Assembly: GCA_048882045.1 (NCBI GenBank)
Contig: JBHLRZ010000011.1
Location: 26,778 to 90,777, forward strand
Length of the DNA: 64,000 nucleotides
Direction: 5' to 3'
Origin: Candidatus Thorarchaeota archaeon
GTDB taxonomy: Archaea > Asgardarchaeota > Thorarchaeia > Thorarchaeales > Thorarchaeaceae
A model generated the notes under the pieces. It was not told the DNA's origin. It saw only the letters and a list, made by a program, of their open reading frames with translations, and did not search any database. The position numbers and the translations under genes are program-made. Of the stretch, positions 29,416-40,661 are shown in pieces. Every line of letters starts with the position of its first letter. Position 1 is the first letter of the stretch.

Positions 29416-29841
29416 CTATCCAGAGGAAATATTGTTCTTAGTTGATTGGAATTTCAAATATGAAAAAATTCCACCGAGTGCGAACGAAGCCATAGGAACA
29501 ATGATAGCCGCAGAATAGGGCTCTGATGTTGACATTAACAATGTCCCAACCTCAGGCCAAATGAACCAGACCATTCTAGGCATGAAGGTGACCAACAAGA
29601 AGATGATGGGCATGATGATGTGTTCAATGTTGTTAGGATTATTGAACGAGTCATGAAGTTCGGGGTTGTCTTTGAGTGTACGATAGTTCAGAAAAAATGC
29701 AGGAAAGAAACAAATTCCAGTGGCTACTACAAAAGTACCTGCCAATATGACAACCCCTTGACTAGACATCATTATCGATATAGAAATTGCCAGAAGATAG
29801 AGAAGAACAGAGAGTACACCCCTTCTCAATGAACGCACCAC
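29416..29841 (-). CDS. Hypothetical membrane protein (4 TM)
   Basis: Hydrophobic ORF. Confidence 0.55.
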   Translation of the reverse strand: MVRSLRRGVLSVLLYLLAISISIMMSSQGVVILAGTFVVATGICFFPAFFLNYRTLKDNPELHDSFNNPNNIEHIIMPIIFLLVTFMPRMVWFIWPEVGTLLMSTSEPYSAAIIVPMASFALGGIFSYLKFQSTKNNISSG

Positions 29842-29889
29842 AACATCTGAGGGATTATCTTAGTGGTTCAAAGGCTTTTCTGTCGAATC

Positions 29890-31134
29890 TCACGTGTGTC
29901 TTCTTCTATTCCAGACCACTGCTGCTATCGCAACAATTCCAATTCCGGACGCAGTAAGTATCTCCAAGACAGGTAAAGAATCAGGTTCTGGAACCTCATC
30001 TAGTGCTTCAAGGATGAAATCTCTGAAAAGATCAAATTCAGGATCATATCCATCATCTGGAACGCCTGCTGTGAACGCGACCACTAAGTCATGTTCAGGT
30101 GCAATCATGATTTTTTGTCCATGACGACCATATGCAAAGTAGATTCCAAGATCAGACCGCATCCACCAGTGCCAGCCATATCCGAAGTCAGGACCCAGCG
30201 GATTCGCTATATCGATTGGTGTTATTGTATTCAAAACAAAGTCAGATGGGAGTATCTGTGTACCATTCCATGTTCCGTTGTTCAAGTAGAGAAAACCAAG
30301 TTTTGCGATATCACGAGTCGATGCTCGGAGTCCTCCAAAAGTGTTGTACCAACCTCCAGATGTCATGTACCAGGTGGTAAACCCAAAGCCAAGTGGATCA
30401 AAGAGATACTGCTGAGCAAAATCATTCATACTCATATTGGAAACCTGTTGAACGATAGCGCCGAGTAGAAGGGATGCACCTCCATTATAGTCCCAATGTT
30501 CCCCTGGTGTGTGAGACATATTTCTGTCGAGTACGTACTGAACTGCGTCCGGACTTTGCATCATATCCATCAGAGGATTGCCAACACCATATTCGTATGG
30601 ATATGCCCATTCGTTCCAGTCTATACCTGAGGTCATGGTGAGTAGGTCTTCGATTGTCATTGCGTCCTTTCGTGGATCAGGGTTGACAATTGTATATTCA
30701 GGAAAGAAACTGAGAACTGTTTCGTCGACTCCACCGAGAAGACCCTGTTGGATTGCTATTCCGATGAGCGTAGATGCAAAGCTCTTGGTGACGGAGTGGA
30801 GAAGTTTGAGATGACCAGGTGGATAATATTCGTGTGGATATCTTTCGTACACAGCATATCCGTGTCTTATCACAAGTACTGAATGAATGGGATATTCTTG
30901 TTCTTCTATAAGATCCATCATAGCATTCAGAGTGTCGTTGTCCATTCCCTGTTCGTCAGGAGTACTGTACCTCCAACCGTCGATTGGCCAATATGACGGA
31001 TTTTCTTGTGATGTTATAGACTGGTTGATCGTTCCATCAATAGCTGGCGATTGTGGACTGACAGAAGTCAAGAGAAAAAAAGTGAGCGCAACCACTAGCA
31101 TCGCGGTTCTTGGTCTAGAAGTACTCCCACTCAT
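29890..31134 (-). CDS. Serine hydrolase, beta-lactamase/AmpC-like family, membrane anchored
   Basis: SVTKS, LLTMTSG, YN, YGWHWW; signal peptide and C-terminal TM. Confidence 0.88.
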   Translation of the reverse strand: MSGSTSRPRTAMLVVALTFFLLTSVSPQSPAIDGTINQSITSQENPSYWPIDGWRYSTPDEQGMDNDTLNAMMDLIEEQEYPIHSVLVIRHGYAVYERYPHEYYPPGHLKLLHSVTKSFASTLIGIAIQQGLLGGVDETVLSFFPEYTIVNPDPRKDAMTIEDLLTMTSGIDWNEWAYPYEYGVGNPLMDMMQSPDAVQYVLDRNMSHTPGEHWDYNGGASLLLGAIVQQVSNMSMNDFAQQYLFDPLGFGFTTWYMTSGGWYNTFGGLRASTRDIAKLGFLYLNNGTWNGTQILPSDFVLNTITPIDIANPLGPDFGYGWHWWMRSDLGIYFAYGRHGQKIMIAPEHDLVVAFTAGVPDDGYDPEFDLFRDFILEALDEVPEPDSLPVLEILTASGIGIVAIAAVVWNRRRHT

Positions 31135-31203
31135 TTGAACTAACCATTCAGAGAGAACAATTATCTGTCTTTAAAGAGGCTGAATACAGCAACAAGTCCG
31201 AGA

Positions 31204-31229
31204 ATCCGCGGACAGTTTTACTAGAAGTT
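31204..31229. repeat. 26-bp direct repeat (second copy 32218-32243)
   Basis: ATCCGCGGAnnGTTTTACTAGAAGTT, 24/26 identical. Confidence 0.8.
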
Positions 31230-31618
31230 TATCTCATGAGATCTGGAATCGAATCAGGTCCTTCTTTGAGGTCTTGAAGGTTCGCGAGAGGAATCCAACC
31301 CTCTTCTCCAAGAGTCGTTCGAACCCAAGCCCACTCACTATCTTCATCCAGTACAATGACTTCCTGCCCTTCATCTATTGTCAGTTCTCGAGAGTTGTAA
31401 TCCTTGAGAAACTGAAACTTTCCGGGATCTGATGTCTTTTCAAGATAGGTTTCAGGCACCCATGCATTGACACCAGCACTGTTTTGACACCAAAGCCAAC
31501 CCTCATATTCGGTTTCACGTTTCTCTCCTTGAACAAACTCACCTTTCGCAGCTATTAAGGGAACATGGAACTCGTTCACATGATTTTTGATTACCTTTAG
31601 TATCTTCATCCACTTCAC
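31229..31618 (-). CDS. Tandem SH3-like domain protein
   Basis: GWLWC...AWVP and DYNSRELT...WAWV...GWIP. Confidence 0.75.
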   Translation of the reverse strand: MKWMKILKVIKNHVNEFHVPLIAAKGEFVQGEKRETEYEGWLWCQNSAGVNAWVPETYLEKTSDPGKFQFLKDYNSRELTIDEGQEVIVLDEDSEWAWVRTTLGEEGWIPLANLQDLKEGPDSIPDLMR

Positions 31619-32158
31619 TCACTGAACTAGCTGTATAATCCAATCACGAATCATATCCCAATCCCGGAAGTCGATTTTCTCAGGAATTTCTTCGCCAGGG
31701 GGCAGTTGATCCTTAACTATGTCCTTTACAAGAGCACGGATTTCAAGGTTGTACTTCTTGAACTCAAACACTCCCCCAATCAGTGCGGTGGAAATTGGGG
31801 ACAGACCTGGGTATTTCTCAGGCATACTATCCAAGTACTCTGCCTGCGCCTCAGCGACCCTGTCGGGATTTCCTGCATATCCACTTACAACGAAGAGTGC
31901 GACTTTAGTTTTGGATAGAGGTTCCAGCTTCTGCTCGATGAATTCCAGTGGTTCTTTTTTCCATTGACCTTCTCGAATACCGCTCCCAATGATAACTAGG
32001 TCATATTCATCAGGTTCAGGAAATGGAGTTCCTTCCTCTAGGTTAATTACGTCTACTTGGGAACCGAGTTCCCTGGCAGTATTACTCATCTCTCGGACTA
32101 TTTCGGTAGTAGATCCATATCGAGTTCCGTAACAGATTAGGATTTTCATCATAATCAA
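31619..32158 (-). CDS. Flavodoxin-domain protein (HemG-like)
   Basis: YGTRYGSTTEI, DLVIIGS, DFRDWDMI. Confidence 0.85.
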   Translation of the reverse strand: MIMMKILICYGTRYGSTTEIVREMSNTARELGSQVDVINLEEGTPFPEPDEYDLVIIGSGIREGQWKKEPLEFIEQKLEPLSKTKVALFVVSGYAGNPDRVAEAQAEYLDSMPEKYPGLSPISTALIGGVFEFKKYNLEIRALVKDIVKDQLPPGEEIPEKIDFRDWDMIRDWIIQLVQ

Positions 32159-32241
32159 TCATGAGAAACGGTGTGCATTCTCACAAAATGCTTTCGACAT
32201 GGTGGTTTCCAGTTTTTATCCGCGGATGGTTTTACTAGAAG

Positions 32242-33279
32242 TTACTGCTCGTCTGACGTAAAGACATATGCGATGTTTGCACCTGTCTGAACAGCCTGAA
32301 GACTTCCTGGAGTTCCGAGAATGTCACCACACGGATACGCCCAGATATAACCATCAACAGGACATTCGACTCTCTCCAAGACATCGCCGTAGAGATTGTA
32401 TATCTCAGCAAACACATCTCCCTTCTTCAATAATTCACCAGGAGTCTTCAAGAACCGAATAAGACCACCACGGTTTGCATGGACTATACCTTGCCAGGTG
32501 CATTTTCCAGGAATGATCGTGATCCCTTCCTGTGGTTCCACATCACCATCTATCATGTCAAATTCTTTCAAAATATTGAGAATACCACGAATACCGACAG
32601 ATGTGGAAGGTTCAGAAATCCATCTACCATCGATGAGTTCGATGAGGATGTCAGGTACACCGTTCTTAACAGCTAGGTTTGCTAGTGTGTCAGGAGCATC
32701 ATCAGGAATTGGCACGCTTTCGACCACATTTGTTACACCAAATGATTTGGCCATTCTCTCTAGTTTGTCCTTCACTTTTGGATTACCAATATTAATCTCA
32801 GTGAAGAAGAGTGAGTCTGGTCTAGTGTTGCAGTGCATGTTTAAGACCATGTCAGCTTTGCTCCATGCTTCCCGCCAGAGTGTGTATGCTAACCTCTCTG
32901 TTGCGTTTCCATTGGGTTTGTCAGCGGTCAGTGGACTGGCGCTTCCTCCACCACCAAGATCGAGATTATCAATCCAAGATAGATATTGATGATGCATGAA
33001 GGCCAGAGGATTTTCAATTGGAATTCCAATGATAGCGCCTCTGAGTTCTTCAGGTTTCACCTTTTTTCGCATTATTTGGATAATTACTTCAGCACCTTGA
33101 ATCTCGATACCATGTTGAGTAGAAACAATAAGAGCAGTAGGTCCATCCCTTGCCCCATTCATGACCATAACTGGAATGTCGATACTGGTTGTTGTGTTCA
33201 ACTCTACTCCTTTGATTATTCCCTTCTGGAGTTCACCTCTTTTTGCAGAGGCTGTTCCAACTGTGAGTTCATCTGGCAT
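32242..33279 (-). CDS. Succinylglutamate desuccinylase/aspartoacylase-family protein
   Basis: HGIE, NMHC, C-terminal biotinyl-like domain. Confidence 0.85.
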   Translation of the reverse strand: MPDELTVGTASAKRGELQKGIIKGVELNTTTSIDIPVMVMNGARDGPTALIVSTQHGIEIQGAEVIIQIMRKKVKPEELRGAIIGIPIENPLAFMHHQYLSWIDNLDLGGGGSASPLTADKPNGNATERLAYTLWREAWSKADMVLNMHCNTRPDSLFFTEINIGNPKVKDKLERMAKSFGVTNVVESVPIPDDAPDTLANLAVKNGVPDILIELIDGRWISEPSTSVGIRGILNILKEFDMIDGDVEPQEGITIIPGKCTWQGIVHANRGGLIRFLKTPGELLKKGDVFAEIYNLYGDVLERVECPVDGYIWAYPCGDILGTPGSLQAVQTGANIAYVFTSDEQ

Positions 33280-33334
33280 TGTTTTGACCTCCTTTGAGAA
33301 AAGTCGCTATAGTGGGACATATTCTTTCCGGAAA

Positions 33335-33547
33335 CTATCGATTCTGAACTTCAAGGTAGATGACTAATAGAAGCAAGAATATCATTATTACAACCAGAAA
33401 GATGATTTGCATCCAGTATCTGAAAACAGGATCAATTGCTATTGAGAATGTACTAACTGAATACTCAAAGATTGTGAGAACTAGCAGGATGAAGCCAAAG
33501 ATAATTGTCAAGTTCTTCACGGTTTCTTTTCGACCCATTGTACTCAC
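33335..33547 (-). CDS. Small membrane protein
   Basis: 70 aa, 2 TM. Confidence 0.45.
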   Translation of the reverse strand: MSTMGRKETVKNLTIIFGFILLVLTIFEYSVSTFSIAIDPVFRYWMQIIFLVVIMIFLLLLVIYLEVQNR

Positions 33548-33569
33548 ACTTCGGGTTTAGTATATCCCC

Positions 33570-34487
33570 TTATTGATGGTTTTCATTAGTCTTCTTTGTC
33601 ATCACTTGAGCGAGTACCACTCCCAACATGGTTAGAAGACCTCCTACAATCTGGAGAGCTGTGACTGGTTCATTTAGTATCACGACTGACATTAACACGC
33701 CCCAAACACCAATCAGATTCAGAGTGATTTGAACTCGAGAAGCTTCAATATATTTCATAGATTCGTAGTAGAGGATGAATGCTAGGAAGGTGTTGATGAC
33801 TGCAACCCACGTGACAATGATCCAAGTCAAAGAGCTCATTCTGAAAAGAACTGTTACATCTTCAAGAAAGAAAGCAGATATCCAGATGAAGGGAACAGCA
33901 ACAAGTGTGCTATAGAATGTGGTTGAAACAGCATCAACGGACTGTACAGCAATCTTTCCAGCTATTCCATTGATTGCAAAAAACAACGTTGAAACAATGA
34001 CAATGATGTCACCAAGAACTCGTAAGAGTCCAAATGCAGCGTATTCTGGAGATGTATTCATCACAATTAGTGTCGCACCAATGGTTGCCAAAGCGAGACC
34101 TGCAAGCTTCTCCACTGTGATTGTTTCATTCAGAAGGACTGCAGCCAACACTACAGCAAAGATCGGGGTCATATTCAGTAGAAGAAGAGCATCACTGGCT
34201 ATAGTCATCTCGAGTCCAATGTATTGCATGATTTGAGAAATGAATGGACCACTGATTCCAGCAAGAGCAATTATCTTCCAATGTTGTTTCACAGAATCCG
34301 CCTTTCTTCGTCTTTTATATTGAAAAGTGGCAACTAGAAGAAATGGACAAGCAAGAGTATATCTCAGTGCTACGAAGACGATCGGGCCGACACCCTCGGT
34401 GAAGACAATCTTGGCCAGTATCAACGACGATGCCCATACAAATGTTGTTGCAATAAGTGCGATGTATGCCAGAGAGAGTCTGTTCAT
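33570..34487 (-). CDS. DMT/EamA-family transporter
   Basis: 10 TM, WASS, duplicated EamA halves. Confidence 0.9.
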   Translation of the reverse strand: MNRLSLAYIALIATTFVWASSLILAKIVFTEGVGPIVFVALRYTLACPFLLVATFQYKRRRKADSVKQHWKIIALAGISGPFISQIMQYIGLEMTIASDALLLLNMTPIFAVVLAAVLLNETITVEKLAGLALATIGATLIVMNTSPEYAAFGLLRVLGDIIVIVSTLFFAINGIAGKIAVQSVDAVSTTFYSTLVAVPFIWISAFFLEDVTVLFRMSSLTWIIVTWVAVINTFLAFILYYESMKYIEASRVQITLNLIGVWGVLMSVVILNEPVTALQIVGGLLTMLGVVLAQVMTKKTNENHQ

Positions 34488-34596
34488 TTGTCGGGCCTCG
34501 CTATGATTTCTGAAAATGAACTGACTGATAAGCTGCACTGAACGAATACCAAATGGAGGAAGAGTGAGCAGATATTCACCAAAGAGTGGTAACGAA

Positions 34597-35256
34597 CTAT
34601 CTAGCGGAACGAGCCACTCTCTCGCGTTCTTCTTTCCTAGCTACGGCAAAGCTGCCAGGATCGTTCTTGTATGCGAGTAGTAGTTCATCCACAAGACACT
34701 CTTCAAATGACTTTGCGTTCTTGTGTGCTGATCGAACCGCACCAACTGAGAGATATCTCAGAGCAAGATCGATTCTTCTCTGTGGAGATACATCAACAGA
34801 ACGAGGGTATGCCATTCCACCGTAGGAGATACGTGTGGTTTCTTCTGCAGGAGCAGCATTTTCGATGGCTGTAACAAGAACTTGGACAGGATTCAGTCCA
34901 GTCCTGTAGTTTATGATATCAAAAACTCGTCGAAGTGTGCTGATTGCTCGAAGCTTCTTCCCAGCACCCCTACCAGTCCTTGTCTTCTTGTCCTTCCTAC
35001 GACCAGCATTGAGCATCTTGTTGGCAAATCGTTCAACAATAGGGATGTGTGATTTGTGGAATCTCTTGTGTGCATGACGACCTGATGTGTGTGGAATCAG
35101 AACTGGTTTTAATGAGATGTATCTTGCAAGACCTACATCATTGATTTGCACGTCTGTAGAATCCCACTTTCCAAAAAGGAGAAGTTCAGGTGGTTCATGA
35201 GGAGGGGTTTCCTCAACGACTGGCTCAATGGTTTCTTCTTCAGACATTACTCCCAC
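34597..35256 (-). CDS. rps7: 30S ribosomal protein uS7
   Basis: LFGKW, IVERF, VDVSPQRR, ERVARSAR. Confidence 0.97.
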   Translation of the reverse strand: MGVMSEEETIEPVVEETPPHEPPELLLFGKWDSTDVQINDVGLARYISLKPVLIPHTSGRHAHKRFHKSHIPIVERFANKMLNAGRRKDKKTRTGRGAGKKLRAISTLRRVFDIINYRTGLNPVQVLVTAIENAAPAEETTRISYGGMAYPRSVDVSPQRRIDLALRYLSVGAVRSAHKNAKSFEECLVDELLLAYKNDPGSFAVARKEERERVARSAR

Positions 35257-35700
35257 CTAACGAATTGGCTTCTCTTTCCTTCCGTAAATCAATGACTCTA
35301 AGCCCACGCCATTGACCTTGATAACCTTCCATGAAACACCAGGCAGGTCACCGATTGGGCCACCCTGAGCACCACCAATACCTTCGACAACAACAGAATC
35401 ATGCTCATCGATATACTTCAGTCCACCATCCCCAGGTATGAATGCAGTGATCTGTTTACCGTTCTTTGAGAGTTGAATTCTCACAGCCTTTCGGATAGCC
35501 GAGTTCGGCTGCTTTGACTCGATACCTACCTTCTCGAGTACGATGCCTCTGGCCTGAGGAGCGCCTTCTAGGGGGTCTGTCTTCCTCTTCAGCTTAAGAG
35601 TACGCCTCTTGTATGTGGGTTTCTTCCAACGGAACTTTTTCCTCTTACGGAGAAGAGGTCGCGCTGCGAACTCACCCAATGGGGATTTTGAACCTGTCAA
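35257..35700 (-). CDS. rps12: 30S ribosomal protein uS12
   Basis: [15 protein letters not shown]. Confidence 0.97.
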   Translation of the reverse strand: MTGSKSPLGEFAARPLLRKRKKFRWKKPTYKRRTLKLKRKTDPLEGAPQARGIVLEKVGIESKQPNSAIRKAVRIQLSKNGKQITAFIPGDGGLKYIDEHDSVVVEGIGGAQGGPIGDLPGVSWKVIKVNGVGLESLIYGRKEKPIR

Positions 35701-35811
35701 GATGTCTTACCTCGTAAACGCACCATCCATGGTACGCCCTGATTGGTGGTTATCGGCTCCGGCCTGTTGTAACCTTAAAAGGATTTGGAAAAGAACGCTT
35801 CCAAAAGATGC

Positions 35812-36246
35812 TCAGGCAATAACGACGTTGTTCAAATCAAAATGACGACGCACAAGAATCCGTGCACGGGCAACATTTCGCCCCTCTCGACCGATTGCAA
35901 TACCACGGTCTTCCGAATTCACTGTGACGGATGCAACTCTGGTACCATCCTTATGTTCGATAATCTTTACTTCTTCAACCCTGGCAGGAGCAAGAGCACT
36001 CTTGACGAAAGCTTCGGCTGTTTCTGCTATTTCGACGACATCTACAGCCCTTCCAAAAGCTTCAGATGCAGCCTTCACATTCACTCCCCCACGACCGATG
36101 GCTTTGCCCAGCTGCTTAGGTCGCACTACTATGATTATTCTTTCCCCCTCATCGTCCCGTATAACATCGATTGCAGCAGCACCTGTAATCTGCTCGAATT
36201 TGGCAATGAGGGCCATATCTTCCATTGAAAGTTTGACTCGGGCCAA
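35812..36246 (-). CDS. nusA: Archaeal NusA (KH domains)
   Basis: GKAIGRGG, GIAIGREGRN. Confidence 0.93.
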   Translation of the reverse strand: MARVKLSMEDMALIAKFEQITGAAAIDVIRDDEGERIIIVVRPKQLGKAIGRGGVNVKAASEAFGRAVDVVEIAETAEAFVKSALAPARVEEVKIIEHKDGTRVASVTVNSEDRGIAIGREGRNVARARILVRRHFDLNNVVIA

Positions 36247-36256
36247 AAAAACCGCC

Positions 36257-36550
36257 TCAGACCATCTTTAAAATCTTTGAGTCCCCTGGCTTGATGATTG
36301 CTATGGCTGAAACCATGAACGGTTTACCCACGGTTTCGCCTAGGTCCCAGGAAGTACCTTCGAACCTGTGCACTTTGATCTCTGCTAGTTTGGCAAATCG
36401 TGCTATGTCTTCATAATCATCCTTTGGACAGTTGGCTGCAACGACTACAAGTTTCGCTGCACCACTCTTTATCGCATCGATTGAAGACTTAGCGCCTATT
36501 TTACACTCGCCTGTGTTTACTGCGCTTGCTATTGGTTGATTCAGGCTCAT
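36257..36550 (-). CDS. rpl30e: 50S ribosomal protein eL30
   Basis: AANCP, LGETVGKPF, PGDSKIL. Confidence 0.95.
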   Translation of the reverse strand: MSLNQPIASAVNTGECKIGAKSSIDAIKSGAAKLVVVAANCPKDDYEDIARFAKLAEIKVHRFEGTSWDLGETVGKPFMVSAIAIIKPGDSKILKMV

Positions 36551-36633
36551 TGTATGACCTCGTATGTGGTTTGTGTACAGGACCGAACTGATTGCGTCAA
36601 ATGGCTTTCAGTTTTAACGTTTCCGTCTTAGTC

Positions 36634-37992
<1,359 letters not shown>

Positions 37993-38003
37993 CTAGACCT
38001 CCA

Positions 38004-40661
38004 CTAATCGATCCTTCCTTTACCCAGAACCTTCTCGATTGCTATGTCAATATTGACAGAGCGTCCATGGTCAGATTTGCTTGGATCCACACCATCATCA
38101 CCGAATCGAAATTGGACAATTCGTCCGGGGGCAGTTCTGACAGTTCCATCACTCTCGACTTTAAGGTCCTGAAGAGCTGTCATTAGACGTCTCTGCATGT
38201 ATCCTGATGTTGAAGTTCGTACAGCAGTGTCTACTAAGCCTTCACGCCCTCCTGCTGCGTGGAACCAGTATTCTATTGGATCAAGCCCACTCTTGTAGCT
38301 AGACGTGACAAAACCTCGTGCTCGTGCACCGAGATCACCTCTTTCAAAGTGTGGAAGTGTTCGTCCAACATAACCTCTACTGATCCGCTCTCCTCTGACA
38401 GCCTGTTGTCCCACAACTGCAGCCATCTGTGAGAGGTTCAGTCTGGACCCACGGGCTCCAGTCTGTGCCATGATAACCGCTGAGTTCTCAAGACCAAGAT
38501 GCTCTCCTGCTACCTCACCTGCGGAGTCTCGTGCTTCTGCTAGAGTGGCCATGATTCTCTGTTCAAGTGTTTCCAGAAGTGTCTGACCTGGGTTTGGATC
38601 CAGTTCTCCTCGTTTGTATGTTTCAATGAGTTGGTTTACCTTTGCGTCAGCATCGTCTAGAATCCTTTTGATTCGTTGAGAAGCAGCCTTTGGCAGAGTG
38701 ACATCGTTCAGACCCATGGAGAATCCTCTGTCAGTGATAAGTCGAACAAGTAGTCTTCCGACGGAGTCCATGAAAATTCTGGCTGCTGTGGGTCCCTTTT
38801 CCTTGATGATTCTATGGAAAAGAGAGTCTGGTTCTCCTGCACCGAAAGCCTTCTCGTCAACAACTCCAAAGTTTAGATTTCCATCACGAACAACTACGTA
38901 CGCATCGTATTCACAGTCCTCTTTTTTACAGGTCTGGCATTTCCTACAAATGTTAGCCTTGAACGAGATGTTAATTCCCTCTGGGATGAACATGCTGAAG
39001 ATTTGTTTACCTGTCCACAAGGGTACTGGAGCAATGATTGCCGGGTCTGGGAGTACGCCTTCAAAGTTTGCTGTAGCCAAGAGTTGGTTGACTTGGTTCA
39101 ATGTATAGAGACTGGACTTTCTTGTCAGAAGGAATGCAGCTGAGATGTAGTCTTGTAGCGCTCCTATGATTGGACCGCCATAACGTGGGGACAGAATCTG
39201 TTCTTGTACACGCATCAAGACTCGAGCTTCTGCTCTTGACTCTTCAGACTGTGGTACGTGGAGGTTCATTTCATCGCCATCAAAGTCTGCGTTATATGGT
39301 GGGCAGACGTATAGTGAAAGTCTGAAAGTTCTGTATGGCATCACTCGAACTTCATGAGCCATAATGGACATCCTATGGAGTGATGGTTGTCTGTTGAATA
39401 GAACTATGTCTCCAGTGTTTAAATGACGCTCTACAATGAATCCAGGTTCAATGGTATCAGCAATTACTGACCTCTCTTTTACAAACCGTAGGTCAACTCG
39501 GCGACCATCAGTACGAATGAGATAGTTACATCCGGGATGTCTATCTGGACCTCGAATGACTAACTCTTTCATCTCCTCGATGTTCCATTCAGTCACACGC
39601 TGTGGAATTGTGAGGATTCTGGCGATTTGTTCTGGTACACCAACTTCGTTCATGCTTAGGTTCGGATCTGGTGAGATTACAGTACGTGCTGAGAAATCAA
39701 CTCGTTTACCTGAGAGGTTTGATCTGAAACGACCCTCCTTACCCTTGAGTCGTTGAGCCAGAGTTCTGAGTGCTCGACCAGATCTGTGTCTTGCTGGTGG
39801 GATTCCACTCACACCATTGTCGAAGTAGGTAGTACAATGATACTGAAGTAACTCCCAAAGATCCTCGACGATGAGTTGGGGAGCTCCTGCATCCAAGTTC
39901 TCACGAAGTCTCTGATTGATACGAATGATGTCAATGAGTTTGTGACTGAGGTCGTCTTCGCTTCTCACACCCGATTCAAGAGTGATTGAGGGACGAACTG
40001 TCACCGGGGGGACAGCAAGTACTGTGAGAATGGACCATTCAAGCCGAGCAGCTTGTGGATTGATACCCAGTAGACGATAATCATCATCGGTGATGTTCTC
40101 TAGACGAGCCCTGATGTCTATTGGAGTAAGTCGGACTGAGCCAGCCTCACCAACCTCATAGATGGATGTTGGTTTCTCCAATTTCAGTTTGAGAGGCTCT
40201 TCTTCACAATGAGGGCATGATTTGGTTTTTGCAGCCCTCTTCAAGATCTCATTGGACAGATTTGCTGTCTTCTGACCAATCTCTGGATATCTTTTGAAGA
40301 GTCGTTGAAAATGTTCGATTTCTTCATCTGTAAGCAGTATTCTGTTGCAGCTTCTACATATTGCTCGTAGAACCTTGTGGATGACCTTTGCATAGCCTTC
40401 ATGCATGATTGGCCGTGCAAGCTCGATATGGCCAAAGTGCCCTGGACAGTTCCCAACACGGTTACCACAGGTTCTGCAGCGTTGACCAGGATCGATAACT
40501 CCAAGTTTGGGATCCATGATACCGCTATCAATTGGATAGCCGTCTTCGTCGTATGTATCAGCAACTACAATCTGAGCAACTGACATCTTACGGATATCGT
40601 CAGGGGACAAAAGTCCAAACTCGATTGCGTCGACTTTTTTGGTTGTCAATCCTGATATCAT
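38004..40661 (-). CDS. rpoA1: RNA polymerase subunit A' (Rpo1N)
   Basis: NADFDGDEMN catalytic motif, CPGHFGHI. Confidence 0.98.
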   Translation of the reverse strand: MISGLTTKKVDAIEFGLLSPDDIRKMSVAQIVVADTYDEDGYPIDSGIMDPKLGVIDPGQRCRTCGNRVGNCPGHFGHIELARPIMHEGYAKVIHKVLRAICRSCNRILLTDEEIEHFQRLFKRYPEIGQKTANLSNEILKRAAKTKSCPHCEEEPLKLKLEKPTSIYEVGEAGSVRLTPIDIRARLENITDDDYRLLGINPQAARLEWSILTVLAVPPVTVRPSITLESGVRSEDDLSHKLIDIIRINQRLRENLDAGAPQLIVEDLWELLQYHCTTYFDNGVSGIPPARHRSGRALRTLAQRLKGKEGRFRSNLSGKRVDFSARTVISPDPNLSMNEVGVPEQIARILTIPQRVTEWNIEEMKELVIRGPDRHPGCNYLIRTDGRRVDLRFVKERSVIADTIEPGFIVERHLNTGDIVLFNRQPSLHRMSIMAHEVRVMPYRTFRLSLYVCPPYNADFDGDEMNLHVPQSEESRAEARVLMRVQEQILSPRYGGPIIGALQDYISAAFLLTRKSSLYTLNQVNQLLATANFEGVLPDPAIIAPVPLWTGKQIFSMFIPEGINISFKANICRKCQTCKKEDCEYDAYVVVRDGNLNFGVVDEKAFGAGEPDSLFHRIIKEKGPTAARIFMDSVGRLLVRLITDRGFSMGLNDVTLPKAASQRIKRILDDADAKVNQLIETYKRGELDPNPGQTLLETLEQRIMATLAEARDSAGEVAGEHLGLENSAVIMAQTGARGSRLNLSQMAAVVGQQAVRGERISRGYVGRTLPHFERGDLGARARGFVTSSYKSGLDPIEYWFHAAGGREGLVDTAVRTSTSGYMQRRLMTALQDLKVESDGTVRTAPGRIVQFRFGDDGVDPSKSDHGRSVNIDIAIEKVLGKGRID

